Of a DNA stretch of 64,000 nucleotides, positions 10,401 through 23,349 are shown one piece after another (position 1 is the first letter of the stretch; each line of letters starts with the position of its first letter). The stretch is from Pelomyxa schiedti. Its lineage: Eukaryota > Protista > Evosea. The notes under the pieces are model-generated. The model did not search any database and was not told the origin of the DNA. It was given only the letters and a program-made list of their open reading frames with translations. The translations under genes were made by a program, and so were the position numbers. The DNA is taken from NCBI GenBank assembly GCA_020536535.1, contig JAHLWZ010000225.1, positions 1 to 64,000 on the forward strand, written 5' to 3'.

Positions 10401-13400
10401 GTATCCGGTGTACAATGTCTTGAGCAACAATGGTAAATGAAGCAGGGTGGAATGAGACATCAAATGGAAGGCTGTTCAAGGATGTTTCGTGCTTAGTCTC
10501 CTGTACGATGTAACTTTTAATTTTGGAAACGTCCAGAGGTGCAGTGGAGAAACATGTTAAATCTTCTAGATCTAAGAATTCAGCACACAGTTGCCTTGAA
10601 TCACATGATGTATCAAGTAAAGACTTGGGCAGGGGAGGGGGTTCACTTAGCGCAATATCTTTGGGACAACTAATAGCACTTTGGTGAGCGACTTCCAGAG
10701 AGCCACGAAGCAATAGTCTTGTGTCATTTGCACAAAGTTGTGTGTGGGCTGCAGAATCAAGCTGATCGATAAAAAGTTTCACCAATGTTTCTCTTGCTGC
10801 AGCACTGTAAACATTGAGGCCCTCTTCCAGTTGGTGTTTGCTTTCCTCGTCTGAAGGGGTAAGAGGCCACATACTTGTATCCGAGGTTTGTGTCATTGCT
10901 GCTACAACAGCCATAGGAATTGAGGGTGCTACTTCACTCTCTCCGTCTTCCACACGTTCTCTACCCCACCTTGCCAATTTAAGTTGAAAGCACCTTGCAA
11001 GCAGTTCACCAAACGCCCTGGTGATGTCTTCACCAAACATGTTCATTACTAGTTGTCCATGCAAAATTTCATACAAGAAAAGGAACCCCAGTTGCCTGTT
11101 GGCCCCACTTTCTTCATCAGCCATCATAAGGCTGTCCCAGACAATCTCAGTGCACTGTTTATCGGTAAGGAAGGGAGACCCAGTTGGGCGCTTGTAGTGC
11201 AATCGAGTTATCCTCTGTCCATAGGTTTCGAGGTAGTCAGATGTTAGCATCAATAACTTATACCATGGTTGCCCACCAAAGCGTGGAGTTTCAGGACGGA
11301 GAGTTATATGGTCTGGTGAACCTGTTTGTAGGGTTTTGATGTACAGTAATCGGTTCTTTAGTCTCACGGATGCTTGTTTGCACAACAGAAGAACATCCTT
11401 TTCCTCCTGAACTGAGAGTCTGCATGCAGCCGATACATGCTGAAGTTTTGCAAGGTACTTGTCCATGTCCAGGTGCACTTCCCAAGGCTGCTTGTTGTCA
11501 CTATACATTACAGATAAGGATAATTTAAGTCGAGTTGCATGGGCATCAGGGTGCCGGTCATCCAGCGAGCGGGCTAACTGCTCAAACACCCACTTCTCCT
11601 CAGCAGTAAAAGTTGTGTCAACGTAGGCAGCCTGAACGAGAGGGAAAGTGGCAACATAGTCACGGCTGAGGAGTCGTAGAAGGATAAGGTACAGAAGTGA
11701 ACTTAACGTTGGAGGAAGAAGGAAGGTTTTGCTTGTGTGAACAGGGATCAGGTAGTAGCGCATGTCCATAACTTGAAGCCATCCTTGTGAACCACGATCA
11801 GGGACAAGTAGTGTAGAAAAAGGCTTTCCAATAATAAGAGGACGATACAAATCATGATTAGCAATAAGTATTCTGCACTCACGTGCCTGGTTCTCCAGAA
11901 CGAGACAATTTTTTATTCCATGTAAAAGGGAGCTGAGATATTCCGCTCCAGACATTTGCCCAAGTGTAGCTGAATCACTAATAAACCAACCTGCATGATC
12001 AAGCAAATAAACTCTTGTGACTCCGTCATCATCTCTCTGTGGTTGGAATCGCATTTTCAGCCGTGGAAGCTCAATTGAGGATATTTTGACATTCAAATCT
12101 TCACTTGCACGTAATGCACTGCGCGATCCCCAAACAAGAACATGGGATAGGTCTTCAAGGCGAGACAAGAGACAACCAAGTCTTGAGAGGAACGAGCTTG
12201 CTTTCGCACTTGTAAGGTCAAGAAGTCCCAACTCACCAGCATGGTCAAGGCTACTTGCAATTCCTGTGGTGTCTGGGGGTAGTTCTGGTGTTGATGTACG
12301 GTCCACTCCTGTAGCTTGGTCGTCAGAAACAGAGTCGAAAGCTGCGATACGCGATCCATTGGCTTCATCCAATAACCAAGATCTCGCCAGTGCAATATCA
12401 CCACCAAAAAGGTTGATAGCATAGCGAGAGGAGCGTGGCCCAAACCCTTCATCTATGAGGATTTGTGGAAGTCCTGTTTGCACTTGGGATGAGGCTGAGG
12501 CTAGTTCCCACACGAGAATCTGGGCAACATTGGATTCATCCATAAGCCAAGAGGCTGCTTCTTCAGCATTGTTGTTGCAACGCTGCAGTGCTTGCTTACA
12601 TATGTCTGGTGAATATCCTAGTGAGGCCAAGTTGGAGAGTGCCGACTCCTGCTCAGGTGGACAGACTTCGGAGCTTGTAAGGCGAGAGGCACTCTGTCTC
12701 AAAAGCTGGGAACGTGCAGTGACAGGGGCTGCAGATTTTATCCTTGTAAACCTTCCCAGCTGTTTCCTTGTAATGTGGGCTTCCCAGTTTGAAGATCCAG
12801 CTGGAATCTGTTCAAAGGTAATTTCAACACAGTAATTGAACCACTGTGAATTCTTCTCCTGTGGCTCTCCTCGTATGATCATGTCTTCACCTTGCCACAT
12901 ATGAAAAGCTTCTAGTAGAGCACCAGGTATAACACCCTGGAGGAGTCGTGGGGGGATGTACACCTCTTGACCTCTCAAGTCAACATTACGTCTTGTTATA
13001 ACAAGTGAATCACCGACTTGCTGCTTTTGCTTCCAAACACCAGAAGATGAGGCAGCGAATTGAGAGACAGCTCCAGGAAGGACTGCACGAGGTGCCATGC
13101 TATGTAGGGCAACAGCACTCTGTGAGCAATACACAAGAGATCGGAACATCCTCCTACCATGTGATACGAGATTGAACACTAATACGCACTGGAGGTCCTT
13201 CTTCACCACAATTTCTTTCCAAGTTGCATCTGGTTTGTTCGCTCGGTCACATCCAAGTATAATAGCTTCGTCAACACCATCAAGCAACGGCGTCTCGGGG
13301 AAAAGAAGAGGGTACGGCAATCGTTCAGTGGGAGGCATAGGAGGGTACACTGAATGGATTACAGGGCGAAGGATGTCTAGTACCCATTGCTCTTGAGGGT

Positions 13401-16400
13401 GAGGATGAGGCTCTTCATTGTATGGATCCCACGCTCTGTTGTACAGAGTGCCATTATACAATGCTTTGGTATTATCAACTTTGGTTTCTTTTTTGGGGGA
13501 CAACCCAGGGATTACTCGAGGTTCCTTAGGTTTTCTGCACATTTTACATTTTGCTCCAGGGCCAGCCTCAGCATTGCAGTTGACAAAGGTACATTCTCGA
13601 CATTGCCAGCACTTGTTAATCTGCCCACACTGGACACACATCGTTTCTGGTGGTGCAACAACTGGTTGGGGAGGAAGAGATGGAGCACCCACACCCTGAT
13701 CGTCAGACTTTGCTTGGGTCCATTCTTGTAAATCAAATTCTGTACCAACAATATGCACCCATAGTCGGTTTTCACTTTTGTTAACAATACCACAATGCAG
13801 TGCTTCTCGGCCAAAGAGCGTTTCAAAATCGGCGAATTGAGTCATACTATCTGGAACAGGGCGCAGCTCATTATTTCGCCACAGAACTTCAGCTGTTTGA
13901 ACATCTAAGGTTATTTCCGCTTTTTCAGCTTGGAATTTGCCCTTCCCAAGCTCTTTCCAATCGGAATATTTAAAGTCTGGGTTGCGGAGAGCCACACAGA
14001 TGATTCTCTGTAAAACGGCACTTTGGATTTTTGGCGGAGCAGCCTCCAGCCAAGCAACCAGAGGGCGACGGTGCTTCTGAAGTAAGCCAAACAGGCGATC
14101 TTCTGGCACATCGGCAGGAGGTAATTTATCAAGGTCAATTCCCTCACCTTCTCCATCAATACCCTTGACTTTCATGAGTCGTGGTGCCCTGATTACATCA
14201 CGTCCGACATGCAAGAACAATGGTCTGCTTGTGTTTTTGAGGTACTGCTCAAGTGAACCTTTGGCCATTTTTGTTGTGTCTATTCCCTGTGCCTGCAGGA
14301 ATCTCATAAGCCTGGACTCGGGGTCAGTTTCTCCATTTGCTGTATCCCATAGCATATCAGAGCGATTTTGTCCCATTCCAAAACCATGCCAGTTTCTCAC
14401 AAAGGCTATACTGCCCAATACATTCTCAACACTTTTTTCATCAAGCTCATTTGATCGCAAACCACTCCATAACAGAGCTTTGAATCCATGAACAACGCAA
14501 CTGCTTTCAATATCGCTCGAGTCTTCTGCTTCTTTTAGCCAGTTATCCAGAATATAAGCACACCGGGTGTGAAGGATTTCTTGGAATGTTCTGTGATATT
14601 CAGCAAGACGCTGGAGATTCTTTGGTGATCCTACAGTAGGATCCCATACACCACCCGAGGTCGAAATTGTGCGCTGCCGCTCTTCTTCCTCCAATGCGTG
14701 AAGTACATAGATGTCCACATCAATGGCAAGCATAAGTAGGAAGAGAATAAAGGGAGCATCTGAGGATCTTAACGAAGCATCTTTCAGATCTATGAGGGAA
14801 TTCAAGAGAGTACAAATTGGGTCTAGAGTCGCAGCAGGAGAGAAGTGTAGTTCATTCAAAAGTAGGCCATGTGGTGAACCAAGAACTCGGACTTGCTCCG
14901 GAATATTTGCAGACATAAAGCGGTCGAGAATGTGCTGTTTTTCTTGCATGGCTGTCATTCTAACAGGCACAGATTGGATACTGTCTCTCGAAGTGCTGGG
15001 TACCCATGGCCCAGGCTCAAATAGAATTGATCTGAGGAGATCTTGAAGTTGGACATTAAATAAATATGTTACACGGTCTCTGGATGCAAAGAACCCAAGA
15101 ATTAGTGGTATTCGCATGTAATCCACAGTAAGAAAAGAAAAAAGCATCTCTGATTCCTCCCTGCTTAGCGTGTCACCAAAAGTGGGAAGTGAGTCCGCAT
15201 GCAGGACATCATCTTCAGTTGGAAGAGGTACACCAATAACAGTGGCAGCATCTGAGGGACTGTGAACAACAGGGCCTTCTCCAAAATTCAATTCTCTTGT
15301 GGCAAATGCGATGACTCGTACGTCAGCAGTGTTCATATCCTCCCCACGAAAGCCAATAACTTCCCATTTTAAGGGAATCAAGGAAGAATCCCAGCCACCA
15401 TATGCCCTACGGCCTGTACTATCCTCAAAGGTGAGTCGCCAGTTTTGATATTCACGCAGGGGATGTTTCCTGTGCAGCTGTTCTGTTTCAAGTGTTTCCA
15501 TTGTTGAGAGGAACTTGAAAAAGATAGCCATATCTACAGGTTTTTTTAATACAAAAAATTATGTGGCAGTGAAATACCTCGAAGCATGTGGAACTCAGGG
15601 TGATCTTGGGCAAGCTCAGTGCGGTCACTAAATAACCAATTCATTAACGCTTCCATTTCTGAAGGGGGCATTGGGTGGTCGCGGGGAATGAGTTGATACC
15701 CACAGCGCTCCATCATTTTGCGCAAAAAGTTGACAGTTGAGCTGTATTTTCTCACTTCAAATTTATCTGGCTGCCTGAACTCAAAAATTCTGTTACGGCA
15801 TGTTTTCTTTAGGGATGCAAGATAAGCCAACACTTGACTCCGTGTGTGAGTGAGGCTTGGGTTGACAAACTCCATTGTATTGCTGATCTCTTCGTATTCA
15901 CGGTTATTCCTGCAAACCCCAGTGTGGACAGTGTATCCTCCATCCTCCCACATCAATTCAGAAATAAGGAGAGGATGAAGTGCTTGAAAACGGACAACAG
16001 CATCAAATATAGAAAGCATGCAAGAAGCCACAAGTGCACGTTCACTGTCATAACTTCTTGAAGGTCGTTCTATTGACTGCCATAATGTAGTATATGTCAT
16101 TGCAAGTTTGTGTATCCTCTCAAGGCATATAGATTGCATCTCTTGAAGAAATCCAGCACCTCTACATTGAGCAGTCAAGTTAGGTGAAGTTGGAGTTAAC
16201 TTACGCATTTCTCCATATGCAGTGTTGGTCTGGAGGAGCATTTAACGGAAGGGGAATGGGGAGTACTTCAGTAAACAAGTAAGAGATCAATCCAATTATC
16301 TGTGAACCAAGTTACAGGGAAGGAGAAGAAAGTTTATTGGACCTGCATATGATTTGCTAGTTTACTTGAAGTTGATGTTATTTTCGCGCGGCTCATGAGT

Positions 16401-18279
16401 TCTTCGCACAAAGAGTCACACTGAATGATAGCTTGCACAGCTTGAGCAGCCCTACATTGGGTGTTACTTGTGTGTGATAAGTTGTGTGAAGTACGTTTCA
16501 ACTTTCGGTGGAATGGAAAGTAAATCAGACAAGGTTGGAACAGTCACTTTATAAGGTTCACCAATATACTTGTCCACATCTGTCTGCAGAAGTAAATGGC
16601 AACCTTGAAAGCTGCTGGAAATTAACTACAAAGTAAGGAAAATGTGGAAAGCATACTCTTGTGGTGCAGTAACCAAATCGGGGGCAAGAACAGGAGGTAG
16701 ATTAGAAGTACCAGACTCTTTTGGCACACAGTTCACCATTTCATTGACACAATCAAGCATTGTTTTCACATTCCGGAGTTGCTGAATGTTACCCCCAGAT
16801 TTAGTTTTTCTCCAAAAAAGTTACTACGCACATCATTTGTCATTCTTCCACTTTCACTCTCTTTCACGGACACAGCTGCCAGCTGGCTACATGCCATTCC
16901 CAATATGTGCTGGTCAACACTGGGTAATTTTAGAGTCTTTGCAGAGGGCTGTGGTGGGCCATCAGCAAAACCCTGAATGCGTGCTTTCATGAGTAAATCT
17001 GGGGGCAAACTAAAAGGGGAGACAAGTGTGAATTCAACCAAAGGAAAAAAGTGCATACCTGCTTTGGAAGTATTTGAAGAAGTCTTTGGCAGCATTTGTT
17101 AAAAAGGCATGACGGAGTGCAAATGTGAGTTGCTTGAGTTTTGGTGATGATAGACCTGCTCTCCTCATCAGGTAGCGCAATGCCTCTAATAAACCACTGT
17201 AAACCCATTAGTACACGTATCAAGGTTCCAGCAAACCGTGTAGCACTGGTGTTTGAGCACTGGGGGCTACGCCATTCCGCAAAGGGATCGTTGTCTGTTT
17301 CTTTAAGAGCTCGAATAAGAAACCTATCAGTTGCTTCATCGTCGTCTCTTCTACCAGCTATCCAGGGAAGGAGGACATCATACAAAACCTAAGACAACAT
17401 TCCATTATTCCAATTAATTTTCAGAACGGGTGAGAACCTCGACTCGGTGATATTCCGAAGGAGGTGACTTGGTCCACATGGCAAGTAGCATTGTCCACAA
17501 AGCTGGATTTGTAATCCTAGATACAGGAACATGTTCAATTCTGATGCATGTTTTGAAAAGCATCTTTGCACTGTCTTTTGGATTGCTGGGGTGGTACTCC
17601 AACCCCTGGCCTGTGTTGCAAGTGATAAAGGCATATCTGAAGTCACGAATTAAATATGCTCTGAAAGAATTGCCATAAACTCAACTGATTCTCCCCTGTG
17701 CACTCAATAATGTGGTATACCCAGCTGGAGTGCAGTTGACCTTGCCAACCACCAGGAACAAGTAAAACATCTCCAACTCTCAATAATTTGATGTCATCAA
17801 TCAACTCTGAGGTACGTTTCAGGTTCTATTGTAGGGGTCTCTAAGAGGGAATGTCACACTTTTCACAAGAATCGTCAATTGCTCTGATGATTCCACTTCC
17901 ACAGCCATTTTAAGAAACTCCCCGCACTTGTTTATCACATCCTGGCACTTCTTGAGTGCTGAGAAATCTGTCTAGATTAAGTAGGGGAAGTAGACGCCCA
18001 CACAACAAGGAATAACATAGAAAAAAAAGGAAGAAAAAGGGAGAAAAAAAAAGGCAGAAGACAACCTGTGGCGACACACAATCCCAAAAAAACAGACGCT
18101 GGGCCGCAGAACCTTGCCTTGCCAAGAATCCCCGTGATCGCCGCCGACACCGCTTCCGTAGACAACAGTGCGTGCTGACCTCCTTCCACACCGCTGCCCT
18201 CGACGAACGCATCGCACAACACCCCGATGAACGGCGGTGTTCGCCAAAACGGCGGTCCTTGCTTGTTGCCTCCCGACAT
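4415..18279 (-). CDS. Giant (roughly 4200 aa, multi-exon) DUF3638/DUF3645-family SF2-ATPase-like protein with RanBP2-type Zn fingers, 2 UBA domains and EF-hands
   Basis: Walker A QMIMGAGKTT (about 9541-9580), Walker B LIMDEVD (about 9080-9108), DUF3645-like VPFIGKDVPSRSSEFAHPD (about 8330-8395), GFSGTP and ALIDTGA motifs. UBA LASLGYSPDICKQALQRCNNNAEEAASWL (about 12530-12640) plus a second UBA. W-x-C-x2-C-T-x2-N fingers at about 13530-13615 and 4420-4690. EF-hand pair at about 4900-5050. Probable first exon MSGGNKQ at 18279. Confidence 0.85.
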
Positions 18280-18365
18280 CTTCTCTGGTTTTTTTTTTGT
18301 TTCTGTGATTGGTTGGTTGAAATGTTTTCTGCTGCTGTTCGTGATGAAAGGCAGGGAAGTTAAGG

Positions 18366-18378
18366 TGTCACTTGTCAC
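18366..18378 (-). promoter_or_regulatory. Tandem GTGACA candidate promoter motif about 90 bp upstream of the giant gene
   Basis: TGTCAC at 18366-18371 and 18373-18378; the same hexamer recurs upstream of several other genes. Confidence 0.35.
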
Positions 18379-18436
18379 ACGTTGTCCTCTGCGAGTCACT
18401 AATCGAACGACGTTTCGTGTTTGAAAAAACTTTTAT

Positions 18437-20571
18437 TTAAAACGGGAAGATTTTGGTGGTGTACTGAAATGATGGGCTGGTATACAAGATTAGCCCTAGG
18501 GAAAATATGGATTTGGGGCTGATAGTGATAGTGTTGGGTTCCTCTATATCAGGAAGTATGGGCATCAGTTGGAGCCCGGGATAGAAGCTTGTGTGTGTTG
18601 GTTTGTGACTGATTAGCCAACACCAAGGAGGAATGGGAATACTTACAGCTTGAACCCGGCGGGCAAGGCTTTCATTCTGGAAAATGGATGTAGAGTGGGC
18701 TGGGTACTCCACTCCGGCTGGATCCGCGGCGTCAATTACAGGGCATCCCCAGAAGATGGGAACTTCACGCACTCTGTACGTGATACTGTATGGCCAAGTT
18801 GGTTAATGAGTAGCTCAGCATTCGGAATTGTGCACACCCAACCAAGATGAACATCATGAAATCTACGCTCTCAGATAGTAGCTGTACAACCCACATCCAA
18901 TCATGCACAAACAATAGGAGTACAAAGTATATCTTGATTTAGAGTCAACAGTGTAATACTTGAGGTTTCATACATACCACCATACTTAGAACAAGCCACA
19001 CTACGATGAACACCTTCAAAGACCTAAGGAGCAGGTTAGAAGGGGTTAAAACCTATTGACTCACAATAAAATTCTCTTCCTTTCTTGGTCAATGTAAATT
19101 TGCGTTCCTGGGGGTGGATTTGGAGTTTCAATTACACGCTCATTCAACTCTCTGATGTTCCGGTTCACTGTGATGAATACATACATGACTATAAACACTC
19201 TAAATACAACAAATCCCAGTCTAACTACAATCTGCAGGTAATTAGCCCAAATTGTCTCGGGCTTTTTAGATACTGAAATAATGTTCTGCGACACAAAGCT
19301 CTGTGTGAACATGCAAAAAATGAATCCTATCATGAGTCCTATGTGGCGCTTAAGAAAATAATAACGAAAAGAAAATACAGTGGAGTTACCTATCACCCAA
19401 GGAAGGTCTTTCATGATAGAGCCATATATAATACACCACCCAGTACCGAGAAGGAGAAGCATGAGGAAAAATGACGACTGAAAGAATGTTTGCACTACAA
19501 GATAAAGCATGTCATTAAGATCACTGATGTATCCTTTAGAAGAGTTATTCGGGAAGAGTCAAGAGAACTACCATCATTTGATATGGACTTCCAGTAAAAA
19601 ATGTTGAATCCTGCCCAAGTAAACTTACTGACACCATACAGAGATATTACGATGTGTAACTTTATTGCTTTCTGTAGTAAAGAGTTAGAGAAAACGATCA
19701 GTAGAAGCTGAACCCACTCTGAGCCACCCTTGGAGCAAAGAAAGAGTCCAGATTGAAACTGAAGCCAACCACACAATACTTAGAATAATGTACATGTCAG
19801 GGAAGGGCATGTATCCACATGGGAGCTGTTCTCCGTTTGGATTCAGCAGGGTCCAGGTTGCCTACAAAAGGGTTAGTTTAAATTAAGTGGCTTGAACGAC
19901 CACTGGTAGCAAAACTTAAAACTGTACATTCAAGTTATATTCCTGGGAGGCATTGCAATTCAACACAAGCAAGTAATATAGGTCATACTTGTACAAAACA
20001 GCATCACTGACAAGCAAAAATCAGCTTGGTGACATGAATGAAAAAGTTACATACATATCAATTTTTCCATTCTCTGAGAGAGAAGTGACATTGCAGCTAC
20101 AAGTCTGGCAGAGATGTGAAGACTCATCAATGTCATGTACATTATTTGCATATTGCAAAACCTGGAGCAAATTATGGGAACGAGGCCTCGACTCCTCGTG
20201 GCACACGCACACGGCACAAGCAAATAGACACTCCCATAATCAAGGTAGAATTACAGTTTCAGTCTCGCTGTGCGTGCAAAGTAAAACAGAGATTGTGGCA
20301 GCATCTCCACTGTCATATTTCGCAGCCATATCCGCTTTAAACGTGGCGCCTTCCATCAATCCATACTGCACCAAAAAGATCCAGAGTCAATGCACGGAGG
20401 GGAAAGAAAAAGTGGTGCGTGCTTTTGGGGTTTGGGACATACCGAGCTCTCAAGAAATTGTGGGTTTGAGGTCACGTGGTACGACCGTGACTTCACCATC
20501 GACGTCACACACTCACTCCACCATATCAACACAACTACAACCACAACCACAAACCGTCTCGTCACACTCAT
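18437..20571 (-). CDS. GPR107/GPR108/TMEM87-like (GOST/lung 7TM) membrane protein
   Basis: Signal peptide [18 protein letters not shown]; lumenal domain (YGLMEGATF); LLNPNGEQLPCGYMPFPDMY before TM1; LLLLGTGWCI; multiple hydrophobic segments across exons. Confidence 0.7.
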
Positions 20572-21101
20572 CTGGGTGATGATTTGGTTTTTTTTTTTCC
20601 TTGATTTTCGTGCGAAGGCGAAACACAACGGGCGTCTCTGAGCTCCGACGAATTACCTGTTACCGCTCTCAATGATCGGGCGTCTGAAGTGGTGTTGGTT
20701 GGTCCAATCACTCACTTGTTGGCACTTCTGCCTTCCAGCAAGAACGGCCGGACATCACAACAAATTCCTAAAGGGTGGCAAAGAACAATACAATGTTTAT
20801 TATGAAGACCACGTGGAGTTTGGGAAAAAGCATTCGAAAGTTTTCCATCAAACAAGCCAGAGCATTTTCAGCAATACCAATGGCTGGTATGTGTCGGGTG
20901 GCGAATCTGCACTGTGTGACATATATTAGAGATCACAGTTATGAACTTGGTGTATCTTTCAAATGTGCTTTCCTGTTGTGGTCCAGAGAAAAACACGGGT
21001 TAATGACTATGCATCTTCAGGGTGCTTTTTCGAAAACGCAAGGAGTCAGAAATCACCCCAAGCATTATGCAATTATGCATGCTACCTTCAGTATTTTTGT
21101 C

Positions 21102-21395
21102 TCATGATAGGGCAATGCGAAGATTTAGTTGACCCTTTGCACCCCGCACAATGTCCATGTACTTGACCATGCAGCAGAGCATGGGTGTGGGCCAACCTCG
21201 CAAACCAGGCATCAGAATGCAGCTTCGATTCCCTGTCACAGAACTTACAGGTTGCACTCGATGTGCAAAGACTGAGGACCAAAAGGTCCTCATGCCTGGT
21301 CAGTGCTGCCAGGCTGTGGCAGGTGCTCCCAAGGGCCAGCAGTGCCCTGGCCCCACTCTCAGTATCATAGGCGTTTCTGCTACTGCAGGCAAGAA
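21102..21395 (-). pseudogene. F-box-containing gene relic with two frameshifts (or assembly errors)
   Basis: ARALLALGSTCHSLAALTRHEDL(W)SSVF matches F-box spacing (ARxLLxL...C.....L.....LW). Frame breaks fall in the C4 run at 21351-21354 and the A4 run at 21281-21284. Confidence 0.4.
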
Positions 21396-21470
21396 CTATT
21401 GCTTGGAATCGAAACGGAACCTTTTTTCTTTTTCTTTCCGTACCAACCCCAATTTTTTTCTCAGACAGCG

Positions 21471-22712
21471 ATGGACCCTCGTGTGCAGCGTGTGACGTGG
21501 CTATCCAAGTTGCTGTGGGACACTGTTCTTCCAAACTTCCTTTCCACGATGACCCCGAAGTACGGCGCCGACACGCGGCCCGAGAGGCACGTGGACCTCG
21601 AGGACTACCGCAACGGCTGGGGCCCCAGCCGCCGCAAGCGCAAGATGTCGCGCTTCCAGACCCGCAGCCGCCCCGCGTCCCGCGGCTTCCGCGAGTGCCA
21701 GGACGTCGTCTCCCTCGGCGAGGCGCTGTTCCCCCTGCTCCCGCGGGCCTGCCGCCTCGCCCTGGGCCTGCGCTTCGGCCGCCCCCTCTGCGTCCTCGGC
21801 GTCTGCGCCGCGGCCGGCGCCGTCCGCTGCGCCGCGTGGCTCGCCCGCCGCCACCGCGTCGACGGCAGGGCCATGCTCACCAGCGACAACAACAACGTCC
21901 TGGCCCTCGCCTGCGGCGCCGGCCGGCTCGACTTTGCCCGCTGGCTGGCGCCCTACTTCTCCGGCTCCTACTACCTCGGCGCCGACCGGGGCGCCTACAT
22001 GCACCAGCTGTACGCCGAGGAGGCGTTTCTTTCGGCGTGCGCGGCGGGGCACCTGCAGGTCGCCGAGTTCCTGGTCGGCAGCATCGCGTACGCGCCCGAG
22101 GCGATGCGGTACACTGCCGCCAGGGCTGTGCACTTCGCGGCCATCAAGGGTTACCTCCCGGTGGTGCAGTGGCTGGTGCGCCGGTTCGACGTGGACTGGT
22201 ACCGGCTCCACCAGGTCGGGAGGGACACCTTGCTGGACACTATTCAGGCCGGCCACATGGAGACCGCCAAGTGGCTGTTTGTCGAGGCGCGGGGCCCGCA
22301 AACGGGTACGCGGCTTCCGGCCGTTTGCCTCGCTCTGTGCAGCCACAGACACTGGGGGTTTCTTCAGTGGATATTCGACCAAGTGGTGAAGTCGCCGGGG
22401 CTTACACAGGCATCTCTCCAAGGGGCCCTGCATGGGGCTTCTGTGGCTGGTGACGTGGCCACGGCCAAGTGGGTCCTGGAAAAGCTCAAGAGCCCAAACC
22501 TCCCGGCTTATTTGCAGCAGGAAGCAATGGTCGCCCTCGAGAAATCCAGTAACCTGGAGGTGATTTCTTTCCTTGCAGGTGCTTTCAACTTTGGGTATGA
22601 CGTGGCAAAGAGACTGGATCTGGCGCTCAAAATCGAAGCCAACTTTGGTGGTGGGGAGACGGAGGCAGAGGAATGGCTGATGGCTACGTTCACTGGTTCC
22701 CATAATTGCTGA
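21471..22712 (+). CDS. Intronless ankyrin-repeat-like protein of an expanded orphan family (413 aa)
   Basis: Ank-like repeats ALACGAGRLDFARWL, SACAAGHLQVAEFL, AAIKGYLPVVQWL and TIQAGHMETAKWL. N-terminal LSKLLWDTV and EALFPLLPRAC motifs shared with the 47922-50245 gene. Confidence 0.8.
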   Translation: MDPRVQRVTWLSKLLWDTVLPNFLSTMTPKYGADTRPERHVDLEDYRNGWGPSRRKRKMSRFQTRSRPASRGFRECQDVVSLGEALFPLLPRACRLALGLRFGRPLCVLGVCAAAGAVRCAAWLARRHRVDGRAMLTSDNNNVLALACGAGRLDFARWLAPYFSGSYYLGADRGAYMHQLYAEEAFLSACAAGHLQVAEFLVGSIAYAPEAMRYTAARAVHFAAIKGYLPVVQWLVRRFDVDWYRLHQVGRDTLLDTIQAGHMETAKWLFVEARGPQTGTRLPAVCLALCSHRHWGFLQWIFDQVVKSPGLTQASLQGALHGASVAGDVATAKWVLEKLKSPNLPAYLQQEAMVALEKSSNLEVISFLAGAFNFGYDVAKRLDLALKIEANFGGGETEAEEWLMATFTGSHNC

Positions 22713-22829
22713 CCGTTGGCCGCACTTTGGCCCATCCCCCGCGTACAAAACAAGAAGAGATGAAGCAACCCAAAGCCATTTCAAGTGGGGAAAACCAACA
22801 ACTAGATCTTTTGCATTTGAGATTATACA

Positions 22830-23349
22830 TTAGTGTGATGATGAGGGCCTGGGGGAATTGGTGTGAGTCACGCAGTTTTGGGAGTGGCAGAGGTCAAATT
22901 GGGTGGACTTGACAATTGGGATGCCATCAATTTGCACGTGCACGGAATCCGCTGCGGCGTTGTATGACACTCTCAGGTGCTCGATGTAAGAGTCCACGGT
23001 CTCTGGGTTGAGATGAGCGGGAACGTGGATGTGTGCCGGCATCGTCTTTAGCAGAGTGTGCAGCTGGGCTTTGAGGAACGTGGGATCAAAGGAGATAGCA
23101 CCAGTACTCTGATTGTATTGATAAGGAAAAGGCCCGGTCCTGTCAATGTGCAACATGTGTAAACAGGAGATGTAGATCCGGGAACAAATACCATCCTACG
23201 GACTCCGTGCCTTCACCCAGAACCAGAGCCTCCTTTGTATTTGGATTGAATGAGATCGTGATGTCCTCAGTAAGATGGAAGAACAAGATCTTCATCTCAT
23301 CTCGCCCACTGTACTCCCCATCAGGCCCCCTCTGCGCTCGTTGTTCCAT
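22830..23349 (-). CDS. Small hypothetical protein (2-3 exons)
   Basis: ORFs 23143-23349 and 22830-23156 join in frame via a gtattt...tgacag intron (SVGW|TGPFPYQY). Beta-strand-like pattern; no family recognised. Confidence 0.6.

Noticed and set aside
21274-21291. Small palindrome GAGGACC-AAAA-GGTCCTC
   Set aside because: A 7-bp stem is within chance expectation.
21389-21468. Possible GC-AG intron linking ORF 21151 to the Ank gene ATG
   Set aside because: It needs a non-canonical donor and the second of two acceptors, and the upstream peptide has no recognisable features; the minus-strand F-box reading explains the region better.
21497-22784. Long overlapping ORFs (427 aa on -, 318 aa on +) over the Ank gene
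   Set aside because: Expected stop-codon scarcity in about 75-80% GC DNA; no domain motifs. The same applies to shadow ORFs at 35063-35664 and 49757-50366.
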